Assembly: GCF_006345805.1 (NCBI RefSeq) | Contig: NC_043011.1 | Location: forward strand, 24,936,464 to 25,000,463 | From: Octopus sinensis | Lineage: Eukaryota | Direction of reading: 5' to 3' | DNA: 64,000 nt | Part shown: one piece after another, positions 12,330-24,565 of the stretch | Layout: each line of letters starts with the position of its first letter | Numbering within the stretch: the stretch's first letter is position 1 | The notes under the pieces: generated by a model | Told to the model about the DNA's origin: nothing | What the model saw: the letters and a program-made list of their open reading frames with translations, nothing else | The model's database searches: none | Made by a program: the position numbers and the translations under genes

Positions 12330-13301
12330 AAGGAGGGAAGGAGAGAGAGATAGGGGGAAAGAGAGATTGCTAATATTAAATTAATGTTCAATATCATCTA
12401 AATATCTCAATATCTAAATACAAATTAAATCTGCTTGTATTCAGCTTCAGCAATGGAATGGAAGCAAGCAGTTTCCAATTTGACAGAAATGAGAAGCTTT
12501 CTTTAAAACTATCCCAAACTTTCTTGAGCAGCACTATGACAACCAACATGTTAATCTACAGGTACATTTGGTCAAGATATATACCAGATTCTGAGACATT
12601 TAAGCAAGTCCGAGTGCAAAACTTCCCACTGAACAGAGTAGGGTTTACTCCACAGCTGAGACTGATACCCTTTTAAAATTGAATGGACTGCAGCAATCAT
12701 CATCATTCATTTCGTCATCATCATTTAACATCCACGTTTCCATGCTTCCATGAGTCAAACAGAATTTGTTGAGGCAGATTTTTCTACAGCTGGATGCCCT
12801 TCCTGTTACCAACCCTCACCTATTTCTAGGAAAGGTATCATTTCCTCAATGGTTAGACATGTTTTTCACAGAAGATCAGAAATGATCGACCTCACTTGTA
12901 TGACAATGATGTTCACTTATAACTACTACATGATGTCAGACAAGGGCATCCGCACACATCTTGTAAGAAGTTTGCTTCCCACATGGTTCCAAGGTCAATC
13001 CCATTGTGTAGCACCTTGGGCAAGTGTCTTTTACTATAGCTTTGGGTCAACAAAAGCCTTGTGAAAGGATTTGGTAGATGGAAACTGTATATATGTGTGT
13101 GTGTGTGTCTTTGTGTCTGTGTTTGCTACCCCACCCCAACTTCACAATCAGTGTTGGTGTGTTTGTGTCCCCATAATTTAGTGGTTCGCAAAAGGGGGCC
13201 GATATAATAAGTACCAGGTTTAAAAAAAATTCAAGGTGGCACCCCAGCATGACTGAGATAAGTAAAAGATAAAAGATAAGTAAATAAACATAGGTACTTA
13301 C

Positions 13302-13466
13302 AATAAAGTGTTTCGATGGGTGATTATCTACATAATTTGGTATATTGACAAAGTGTAACAAGTTCTGTTTCAGATAGTAACTCAGTGCAAATAAGTGTTT
13401 TGAACTGCTGCTAGGAACAGTTAGATAGATGGTATCTTTGGGTTTTTCTTTATATCTTTGAATGAA
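13302..13466 (-). CDS. SZT2: SZT2 exon
   Basis: tttcag|...|gtaagt; FIQRYKEKPKD..LFALSYYLKQNLLHFVNIPNYVDNHPSKHFI; phase 0 to 0. Confidence 0.92.
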
Positions 13467-13704
13467 CTGAAAGAAAGAGAGAGAGAGAGAAAGAGTGAGA
13501 AAAAAAAAACAAAACAAATAAATAAACAAGAATTAAAAACAAATATACCACATGGTTCCGGGTTCAGTCCCATTGCATGGCACCTGGGGCAAATGTCTTC
13601 TAGTATATAGCCTTGGGTTGACCAAAACCTTATGAATGGATTTGGTAGATGGAAACTGAAAGAAGCTCATTGTATATATATGTAGTGTGTAGATGTAATA
13701 TATA

Positions 13705-14946
13705 CAGTGTCTTGCAGATCAATTGAGACCAATTTTAAGCAGGTGACTAAGTGGGTTTAACATGCCATTTTTTTAAACAAAACCTTACTTGCTTGAAAAT
13801 TTAATCCTCCTCTTTATTTTTCAGGTAAATAGCAAACTGATTTGACAACAGAAAGGCATGGAACAACAGAATCGTTCCACCATTGTTGTTTTGGCATGCA
13901 CCAGGCACACTGCCAATGAAATTGTTAAGTTCACAAAACTTCCAAAAGCAACAGTTTATTGTGTGTCTGAACAATTTAAAGAAAAGGGAAAGATTGACAG
14001 AAAAGAACATGTGATTCGAAGGATAATTTAAAGTTTCTCGCAGGCTTCAAACACTCGATTGAAACCAACCCATCCATATCCATGACAACCCTTGCAAAGA
14101 AACACAATGTGTCCCTTTCCATGATATCCAGAGCTGTGAACAGGAACCATGACTAGCTATGTTCGATGACACCGACACCTTCTAACAGCCAAGGCAAAAG
14201 CAATTAGAGCCAAGAATTGCCCAAAGCTTGTCATTCATCAAGCATCAAAGTGCAGGAAAAACTCTCGTGTTTGTGAATGAGAAGTTCACTGTGGACACCG
14301 AAGTGAATCGCAAAAATTCTCGAGTGACTGCATACAACCCTTCTGATGTCCCCACTATGTTTGAGACTAAGAATCCTGCCTCTGTGATGGTATTTGGAGC
14401 CATGGTGAGTGATGGAAGTGTCATGAATCCACACTTCATTGAGTCTGGCTTGAAGATCGGCACAAAGGAGTATCTGGACATCCTGAAGAGCTCTCTGTTA
14501 CCTTGGATGGAGCAGAAGTTTGGGCTTGACAATGTGGTGCTTATCCAGGATTCTGCATCATGCCATAGGTAAAAAACAACACAGGCCTTCCCTGGTGAGA
14601 AGGTGCCATTTTTTGTGAGGGCCAAAATCTGGCCCAGTAATAGCCCAGATCTTTTTATGGGGCATACTTCAAGCAAAGAACAATGCTTCACTACACTCAA
14701 GTGTCAACAGTTTGAAGGCCTGCATCGTGCATGCGACATGCAAAATCAAAAAGACAAGTTGCAGCAGCTGCAAAAAGATTTCGTTCTCGTGTGGAGGCAG
14801 TAATTGCCCAAAAGGGCAGCCATATTGAGTGATGTTTTTGTAATAAATGTTACATTAAGATTATATTTGTCTACTGCCATTATTTTAGTATTTATAACCA
14901 GTTTTACGCATTGTAAAAATTGTCTCAATTTATCTGCAAGATCCTG
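13705..14946 (+). mobile_element. Full-length decayed Tc1/mariner-superfamily transposon, probably DD37D (maT-like)
   Basis: TA-flanked TIRs cagtgtcttgcagatcaattgagac / gtctcaatttatctgcaagatcctg. Broken transposase from ATG 13858: VFVNEKFTVD, KNPASVMVFG, IQDSA, WPSNSPDL, with stops and frameshifts. Confidence 0.88.
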
Positions 14947-16032
14947 TATGTGTGTGTGTTTGTCCCCCCACCATTTAACAACTGGTGTTGGTGTGTTTAC
15001 GTCCCTGCAGCTTAGCAGTTCAGCAGAATAAGTACTAGGCTTACAAAACTAAGTCCTGAGGTCGATTTGTTTGACTAAAACCCTTCAAGGCAGTGCTCCA
15101 GTATGGCCACAGTCAAATGACTGAAACAAGTAAAAGATAAAAGGCAATAAAAGAAATTGAAATGATAACAGTTGCTTGGAGAGAATCCTGATACTCACTG
15201 ACAAACTCCTAACATCATTATCATCATTAAAGATTTTACCCTAGCTGATGTTCTTCAGCCCTAGGTCAAGCCTGATTGAGCAGAACTATGATTAAAAGGA
15301 TGATAGCCTTGACCATCCCATATTTTTAGGGGCATCTAGGTGCACATTATTGAACGAAGATGATCATCAATTAATGTCCACATTTCCATGCTTGCATGGG
15401 TCAGGAAGAATTTACTAAGGCAGATTTTTCTACTGCTGAATGTCCTTCCTGTTGCCAGCCCTCACCTACTTCCAAGTAAGGTAATATTTCCATGGCCAGA
15501 CATGTTTTTGCATAGAAAACTGGAAATGAGCAAGCTCACTTGTATGATGATGATGATGATGATGGTCATTTACAATCATGACATGATGTCAAGACAAAGA
15601 TACACACACACATGACTGTATAGTAATCCTTTCTATTATAAGCACAAGGCCTGAAACTTTGGGGAAGGGGGCTACTTGATTTCATCAATCCCAGTGCATA
15701 ACTGGTACTTATTTCATCAACCCCCAAAGGTTGAAAGGCAAAGTTGACCTCAGCAGAATTTGAACTCAGAACTTAAGTACAAATGAAATGCTGCTAAGCA
15801 TTTTGCCCAGGATGCTAACAATTCTGCCAGCTCACTGCCTTATATGACTGAATAATAATAACAATAATAATAATAATAATAATAATAATATCATCATTAT
15901 TATTGTTTAACGTCCGCTTTCCATGCTAGCATGGGTTGGACGATTTTGACTGAGGACTGGAGAACCAGATGGCTGCACTAGGCTCCAATCTTGATCTGGC
16001 AGTTTCTACAGCTGGATGCCCTTCCTAACGCC

Positions 16033-16080
<48 letters not shown>

Positions 16081-16409
16081 CTGTTCTATTATAGGCACAA
16101 GGCCTGAAATATTTGGTGGTGAGGGACTGGTCAATTACACCAACAGCAGTACTTGACTGATACTTCTTTTAATTAACACTTAAAGGATGCAAAGCAAAGT
16201 TGATCTCAGCAGAATTTGAACAGAGAACATAAAACCAGAAGAAATGCTGTTAAGCATTTTTGTTCAGCATGCAAATGATTTTGCCAGCTAAGTGTCTTAA
16301 TAATAATAATAATAATAATAATAAAATTAATAATAATAATACTTTCTATTATAGGCACAAGGCCTGAAGTTTTGGGAGATGGAGCTAGTCAATTACATTG
16401 ACTCCAGTG

Positions 16410-16710
16410 TAAATGTGATGGAATTTGTCAATCACTTTGTTCATTCCTCCAGGGCATGACATTAGTGATTCACAAATGGATTTATCCTCATGTGCTTTGA
16501 GGATTGAAAGTGCAGTAGAGTCAAAATATTTTCGAGAAATGTGTACTTTAAATTGTACTGAAAAATTACATCCATTTGGTTGAAATGTTTGGCAAGTTCT
16601 GCCAAGCTACTGCTATTGTGCCTGACATCATACTTATGCCCATTTAATCTTTTGTTTAATTGTTCTGTTGTGCAACCAACATAAATCAAGTTGTGTTTGG
16701 TGTATTCCAC
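16410..16710 (-). mobile_element. Penelope-like element remnant (GIY-YIG endonuclease C-terminus)
   Basis: LIYVGCTTEQLNKRLNGHKYDV..LAKHF, then after a frameshift ..ESLMSCPGGMN, matching the PLE GIY-YIG pattern. Confidence 0.7.
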
Positions 16711-16986
16711 TGCTTACACCAAATGGGAGTCCTTCTGTATAAATTGCATTTTACACTTCTTGTTGTTAATTTATCATCGTAAAGAGTTATATCAATCTTC
16801 ATAAATTAGCAGCAGCAGCAACAATGACGATGAGGAACTTATTGTAAACAGTGTTCAATTGCACAACTCGCTAGAAAAGTTTAAAAGAGGAGACAGAGAG
16901 CAGACATATAAGCTGAGTACGGAAAGATAGCAATGCAAGCTAGAAGTAGCTGCACATGACACAGAACAAAAGATAAATCCTCTTAC

Positions 16987-17111
16987 CCTGACATCTTGGA
17001 AACTGAGTTTACATTTAGGATTCCTGTCTAGCATCACAGAAATGATGTCCAATACTTTATCATCAAGTTTGTTTTGCAGCATTTTTATGAGGTTTTCTTT
17101 CATTTCAGCTC
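16987..17111 (-). CDS. SZT2: SZT2 exon
   Basis: ttgtag|...|gtaaga; GAEMKENLIKMLQNKLDDKVLDIISVMLDRNPKCKLSFQDVR; phase 1 to 0. Confidence 0.92.
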
Positions 17112-18718
17112 CTACAACAGAAAACAGAGAAAATATTATTTAGCTTGAGTAACTATTAGAAAAGATGGTTAAATTTCTGAGTAGCTTCCTTCCAAGAACA
17201 ATTCATACAATCTCTTTTAGCAAAAAGAAGAACATGTTGCTCATCATGAGCATGAGGCTCCTTCACCTGAGCAGGCTTCATCATCATCATCATCGTCATC
17301 ATGATTTAACATTCACTTTTCCAGATGGAATTTGTTGAGGCAAATTGGGACCACTGAAAATTTTGTTGTGGGCCACTAATGGTCCAAAGACCATCAGAGT
17401 TATATGAAGTAAATTGACATTCATCATCATTTAATGTCCGTTTTTCCGTGCTAGTATGGTTTGGATGGTTTGACAAGGTCTGACAAGTTGAAGAGCTGCA
17501 TCAAGCACTAATGTCAGCTTTGGTTGCCTCCCTATTTCTCTGTTACACTCTAACCTTTCATCATCTGATACTGGATAAACCTCCTCCAATGCCCCCTCAA
17601 TTATAGCAAGACACCTGTTTCTGCCTTTCTGTCTCTTTGTCACCCTCTAACTTTTCATCCTCTGACATGAGTTCCCCTCCTCAAATGCCCCTGCCCCTCT
17701 CATAATTCCTTGTTTTGCGAGTTACTTGGTGACCCTGCCAATGCTGGTGCGATGTAAAAAGCATCCAGCCCACACTATAAAGTGGCTGGCATTTGGAAGA
17801 GCATCCAGTTGTAAAAATCATGCCAAAACTAACCTCACCTGAGCTAGTGCTACATAAAAAGCACTGAGTTCACTCTGCAGAGTGGTTGGTGTTAGAAAGA
17901 GCAGCCAGCTGTAAAAACCCTGCCAAATCAGACAGAGTAGTATAGGGTAGTTTTTCTACCTGGCCAGCTCTTGTGAACCATCCTACTCATGCATGTATGG
18001 AAGCTGGACATTAAACAATGATGATAATGATGATGATGCTCTTACCCCAGCCACATCATAGTGTGTATTGAATGCTCTTTTCATGACACTGACACTAGTG
18101 TGGTCTCTGAGTAGTAACTTGCAAGACAAAGTAAAGAAAGGAAAAGTAAACACCCTCACCCCCAACTTAATGGAAGTGTATTTGAGAGAGTTGGGTGGCT
18201 TTATACCAGATCTCGAAGGCTAAAGTATGTTTGAATGATAACAAACACACATTACATATCTGAAAAAAATGATATCAATGATAAAGGTAATACTTCTGCT
18301 GTAATGATACAGAGAAAGTAGAGACAAAGAATGTAAGAGATGACAAAGGAGCAAGATATCTGGTGCCTTGCTGTAATCAAGAAGACTCATCCTCCACAGC
18401 AGAAGTGTTAAGGCCACTTCCCCTGATGAAGAGGATTGGTCTGCAAGAGCCCTGTGCCGGTACCACATAAAAAGCACTTGTGCCTACACCATGTAAAAGC
18501 GTTCATGCTCGACACACACACCACAGAGGGGTTGGCATTAGAAAGGGCATCCAGCTGTGAAAACCAAGCAAACCAAACTGGATCCTGGTTCAGCTCTCCA
18601 GCTCTGGTCTAACCGTCCAACCTGTGCCAGCATGGAAAACAGATGTAAAAGGATGATGATCATGATGATGATATACTATAATTTGAGTGCAGCAACCTTT
18701 ATAAACCAAAGCCCTTAC

Positions 18719-18836
18719 CTGCTTGTGTAATGCCATGAATGCACATCACTATACATTCCTCTGCACGTTTACCAGCATAACTTCCCAAAGAGGATACAGA
18801 TAATGAATCGACATCTCGAAGTGACCGGGAAGATTC
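18719..18836 (-). CDS. SZT2: SZT2 exon
   Basis: tatcag|...|gtaagg; ESSRSLRDVDS..EECIVMCIHGITQA; phase 0 to 1. Confidence 0.88.
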
Positions 18837-20139
18837 CTGATAGGAACAAAATATGGAAGAATAAAGAATATGCAATTCAAAATTAATACAATGAAATACG
18901 AGTTCAATGCTTTAAGCAGAACAGTTGGACAGTTAATGTTAAGTTCATTAGTTAAAAAATATGTTCTTTGATTTTCATTGACATTTTAAAGAATATCAAG
19001 ATTCTTTAGATATTCTAAAGAAACTGTTACAACCTCTAAAGGCGATGCCCCAGCATGGACTCAGTCTCTGGCTGAATCCAGTATTAGTAAATGTTTAGTA
19101 AAAAACCGTTTAACTCTTTAGCATTTAAACCAGCCATATCCATCCATATCTTCAAACTGGCCAGATCTGGCCTCTCACACTTACCCAACAATATCATTCT
19201 AAAAATAAACAATCATGTCATTGAAATCTCAAAGTTACAAGGTAATGCATGACTAATTCAAATCAGTGTGAATAAATAAGCATTGCATTTGACAGAGAAA
19301 TCTGAATGCTAAAGGGCTAACTTTTACTTTTTACCTCTTTCCCTTCTTATATGCAAGACAATGGGGCTTACTCTGAGCACTGTAATTTTTTCCCAGTAAA
19401 TATACCAGCTACCTTGGACAATCAACAAAGAGCATCTTTGGAGGAATTGTAGCGGCTGAAAAAAACTCTAAGAGATGGATATGCTACTGCAGTGCAGACT
19501 GACCAATGCACACCCTTCCTCAGTCCCACCACATTTTTATTGGAGATTAATCTTCACTTGACCCTACACATTCTATCTCACCTCTTTCATTTGTCATTCT
19601 CCTTTCTGCCATCTTCCACTACTTTTAAACTTCTTACCACTTCCACTCCCACTCTTTTCACCACCTCAGTCTTATTCCTTCCCTTTTCCCTCCTCAAATT
19701 TCAAATTCTTCCTTCCCTCTCGATTTCCATTGTTACAAGCCTTCCTTTCCCTTCCCCTCCGAACACTTCACAATTCTTCCACCGATATTTACAGGGTCAT
19801 TCATTTGCTCTACCCACCCCAAGCATTACTCTCTCTTTCTCCAATGTCTTCCCACTGAAAGATATTCTAAATCAAGCATAGGAAATCTTTTTTGAGCTGC
19901 AAGAGACATGGCTCATTATCAAGTGGGCCTCACTGCTAAAAAAAAATTCAAGTTGGGTAGTTTACATCTCTGTAACTTAGCAGTTCAGCAAAATGGACTG
20001 GTAGAATAAGTACCAGGTTTTAAAAAAAGGGCTGGGGTCAATTAATTTAACTAAAAATTCAAGGTGGTCTTCCAGCATAGCCACAGTCTAATGACTGAAA
20101 CAAGTAAAAGATAAAACGATATGTAATCTATTTACTAAC

Positions 20140-20189
20140 CTCATCATCATCTCTCTTTGAATTAAGGATTGGTGAAACTGTTGTGTAAT
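20140..20189 (-). CDS. SZT2: SZT2 small exon (50 nt)
   Basis: tttcag|...|gttagt; (D)YTTVSPILNSKRDDDE; phase 1 to 0 as required. Confidence 0.77.
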
Positions 20190-21330
20190 CTGAAATATAA
20201 AACAGACAGATTAAAAATCAATGAAATATTTTTATGTACCTTGTGCCACATCTTCATTTAGGTATTTTTGTGCATTTAACAAAAATATTTTGTTTTTTCA
20301 GATTGTCTACGTATGGATGTGAAGTTGAGAAGCTCCCTTTCCAACCATGCGAGGCACCTCAGAGAAGATGGTGGGATATGATATGAAAAGGATTTGTCTA
20401 CTATTTCCAGCAGATCAAATAACCATGTCAAAGTACAATCTTAGCAGACAGTTTGTGTAAAATTACACACACAAACACACCAAATATGTTTGGTCTTTAC
20501 TTCAGCTTTATTATTATTATTTTTGTATTTTTGTCAAAGCTCTTTTGTCACAAATCAAGGAAACATGCAAGATAAAGAGTCATTTGAAGAAGTCACAGGG
20601 CATGTAACGAAAGAGCTTTGACAAAACAAAGAAACAAAAAAACAATACACACACACACACACTTCGCTAAAACATAGGATCAATTATAAGGAGCGAGGAG
20701 GTTGGAGTTGATTACACCGCTTTCAGTAAATTGCTAAAATATATTTTATGTATCACAATATCAACCCTAGCAGGGTTTACACACAAAGTAACAGCAAATT
20801 GTCCATTCAATATAAAGCAACAAAGTGCTAGTATTTAAAATTTTTTGTTTTTATATTTTTTTTTGAAGTGCTTAATGTGGCCAGCTGGCAGAATCGTTAG
20901 CATGCTGAACGAAATGCTTCCATCCCTACATTCTGGGTTAAAATTCTGCCAAAGTTGACTTTGCTTTTCATCCTTTTGGGGTTGATGAAATAAGTACCAG
21001 TTGAACACTGGTGTGAATATAATCAACTAGCCCCCAGCCAACAAAGTTTCAGGCCTTGGGCCTAGAATAAAAAGGATTATTTTAGAAGTGTTAAGGTAGT
21101 AAGCTGGCAGAATTGTCAGAGCACATCATAAAAGAATGCCTTGCAGTATTTCTTCCATCAGTTATCATTCTGAATTCAAATCCAGCTGTAGTCAACCTTA
21201 CTTTTCATTCTTCTGGGGTCGATGTGCTCAACAAATTCGCTCCCTTCAAAATTGCTGGCCTTGTGTCTAAATAAGAAACCATCATTTTTAGCAGTGCTAA
21301 TTAATTAAATAGTTAGTTAATGAAACAAAC

Positions 21331-21407
21331 CTGAAAATGAGCAGTCATAATCCTGCCGACTGTTTCCCAAATCATCAGAGCTGCAACTTAGTTTACCTTC
21401 ATTTAAT
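21331..21407 (-). CDS. SZT2: SZT2 small exon (77 nt)
   Basis: ttacag|...|gtttgt; (R)LNEGKLSCSSDDLGNSRQDYDCSFS; phase 2 to 1. Confidence 0.8.
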
Positions 21408-22439
21408 CTGTAAAAACAAGTATTTTATTTGTTTAATTGAATAGTAGAGGTGTAGGTGGTAGAATATACTTAGCTGCTAACACAAAGATAACAAGTTCAA
21501 ATCTAAGTAAAGCTAAATAAATGTGATGCTGAATGAAAAACATTGCTTGACTCAGCTTAGTTGAAAATAGGGTACCATCCCTCATGTTGCTGTTGTTTAG
21601 CCTCAAATCAGCCCTGGCGAAGCACATCATTGATCACGGTGAGGCCAGGTGTTGGGGCATACACTGTTGCAGTACACTGCAGCATTCGTAAATTTGTTGG
21701 TACGCTAAGTAAAAGTGTGGTTGCCATTGCATATAGGCTTGTCCCTTGCAACCCTCTCCAGCTGAGCATCCTTAATCTTGCAGGCTTGTAAGTGCTGGTG
21801 CCACATAAAAATCACCCTTGCTGGTGCTGCGTAAAAAGCACCCAGTACACTCTGTAAAGTGGTTGGTGTTAGGAAGGGCATCCAGCTGTAAAAACCATGC
21901 CAAAATAGACATAAAGCCTGAACAGCTGATCAGCTCTTGTCAAACTGTCCAGCCCATGTCAGCATGAAAAAGAGACATTAAATGATGATGATGTTCCCAG
22001 GTCCTTCCAGGTGACCTGTCAAGTAGAGTCCTAGCTGGCCTCCATCTCTGTGAGATACCACTTCATCTGCTTTGATCATGTAGTATACGGTCAAACATAA
22101 CAAGCAATCAACCCAACCAGATCCTCAGTGAAGAGAACATGATAAGCAGGGTCTAACTTGGAAAATTGGGCAACATGGCCAAACAGTCTAAGCTGGTAGT
22201 TCTAAATCATACCAGTGACAGGGTGCATCCTAGTTTCTGAGTAGAGCCAATCACTGGATGCAATATGCAACCAATGGTAACTTATAATCCTGCAAAATAT
22301 CCTGGTATCAAAGGAATTCTGGTGGCTTCATGTACTCATTGATCAAGAGTTATTTAAATACCTTTTAAGACATTAAGTGGTTGTTATCCAACAAGTCTTT
22401 TTTTTTCAAAACCTTTATGATTTGCTGTGCTTGAGAAGA

Positions 22440-22885
22440 CTCATTGAGTCAAGTGAAATCGTAGATGTGGACAATGTTGGTGACACATAAAAGGCAACCA
22501 TACCAGTGATGCATAAATGGCACCTGCATCAGTGACATTTAAATGGCACCTGTGCCAGTGACACGTAAAAGGCATCTGTGCTGATGACACATATAAGGCA
22601 CTTGTGCAACTGACATGTAAATGGTACCAGTACCAGTGACATGTAAATGGTACCCATACCAGTGACACATAAGAGGTACCTGTGCTAGTGACATTTAAGA
22701 GACGCCTGTGCCAGTGACATGTAAAAGGTACCCATGCTGGTGATAAATAAAAGGCACCCCCTACACTCTTGGAGAGGTTGGCATCACGAAGGGCATCCAT
22801 CCATAGAAACCAAGCCAAAATCAGACTGGAACCTGATAGAGCTCTGTGTAACCCACGCTAGCATGGAAAAAGGACACTAAATGAT
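22440..22885 (+). mobile_element. RTE 3'UTR fragment with 26-nt tandem array
   Basis: About 11 copies of ccagtgacatgtaaatggcacctgtg-like units at 22475-22760, followed by the family 3' end (..gcatggaaaaaggacactaaatgatg). Confidence 0.7.
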
Positions 22886-24465
22886 GGTAGGGCGTCATTT
22901 TGAAAAGAATTTAGCTGCTACTTCTAGCGGATTTCAGCAACCATGTAGAGACTCCTTCATTGGCTTTAGCTTTCTCATCATCTAACATCACTCCTTATTT
23001 CTTGATTGAATGGATAACATTAAAGAGAGCCTAGACAATTAAAAGTAGTTGCACCAACAAATTTTAGTTTTAGGACTTACCTACCTATGTATAGATGAAA
23101 AGCAGATACAAAAGAAAAAACAAAGTTTGAAAATTGCAAAAAAAAAAAGATTGTTAAATAAATTTAAAAATTTTTTTCAACCACTTTATTTGTACAAAGC
23201 TGGTGTAAACATGGGTGGAATGCAAGTAAGATTGACTGTTTTTTTTGCAGATTTGGACATAAGTAGTAACAGCTGCTCTACAACTACGACCACCACCACT
23301 GCTATGAGGGCATGCCTGTAACAGCACATTACTGCATCCATCACTTGTTGGTGATTTCCTACTCCTGGTTGATGATAACTTTGCACCACTCAGGCAAAAA
23401 ACCCTCCAACCCATGGGTCTGTTTTGTGCAGTCAATACTGGTGAGGGTTATATGAGGTCAGAGTGCAAGTCCTACCTCACCCTCACCTCTTGCTGTTACC
23501 TCTTACAACACACACAGAGAAAACATTGGGTCTATTCCTTGGTATGCCAGCCCCCACACAGCACTAGAGCAACATCAAATAAGAGTTTTGTTTAAGAACA
23601 CAACATGCTACGCAGTCTGGAAAGCAAACCCATGATCTGGTGATTGTGAGTGCAACACTCTAACCACTAGGCTACACACCCACATCATCATCATCATCAA
23701 CATCGTTTAATGTCCGCTTTCCATGCTAGCATGGGTTGGACGGTTCAACTGGGATCTGGGAAGCCAGGAGGCTGCACCAGGCCCAGTCTGATCTGGCAGT
23801 GTTTCTACAGCTGGATGCCCTTCCTAATGCCAACCACTCCGTGAGTGTAGTGGGTGCTTTTTACGTGCCACCTGCACAGGTGCCAGACGAGGCTGTCAAC
23901 ATCCACGATCAGTTGGTGCTTTTTACATGCAGTGCTGGCAATGGCCACATTCGGATGGTTCTCTTACATGAAGCATAAAACAAAATTTAATTTTAAAATC
24001 ATCTGTCAGAGCAGGCATAGCTGCATGGTTAAGAAGACTGCTTCCCAACTGCATGATTTGGGATTCAGTCCTATGGCAGGGCACTTGGGCAAGTGTCTTC
24101 TATTATAGCCATGGGTCAACCAAAGCCTTGCATGTGGATTTAGTAGATGGAAACCGAAAGAAGCCCATCATGTAGTGTGTGTGAGTGAGTCTATGCCTTT
24201 GTATTTGTGTTGTGTTTGTCCCCACATCATCACTTAACTGGTGTTGATTTATTTACATCCCCATAACTCAGTGAAAGAAATGATTGAATGAGTACCAGAC
24301 TTATAAAATAAGTACTGGGACTGATTTGTTGCCAAACCATCCATAGCAGTACCCCTAGCGTGGCTGCAGTCCAATAACTGGAACAAGTAAAAGATGATAA
24401 AAGATGAAGGAAGAGAAGCAATTAGGTGAAGAGAAAAGAAGAAAACAAACTAAAATAATTCTTAC

Positions 24466-24565
24466 CTTACATAGAAATAATTGTCTAATTTATCCTTGAT
24501 AACAAACATATTTTTTCTGTTATTCACAGAAAATTTGTGCAACACAGACCGCAGGGCATGCATAC
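24466..24565 (-). CDS. SZT2: SZT2 exon
   Basis: tcatag|...|gtaaga; GMHALRSVLHKFSVNNRKNMFVIKDKLDNYFYV; phase 1 to 2. Confidence 0.92.
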
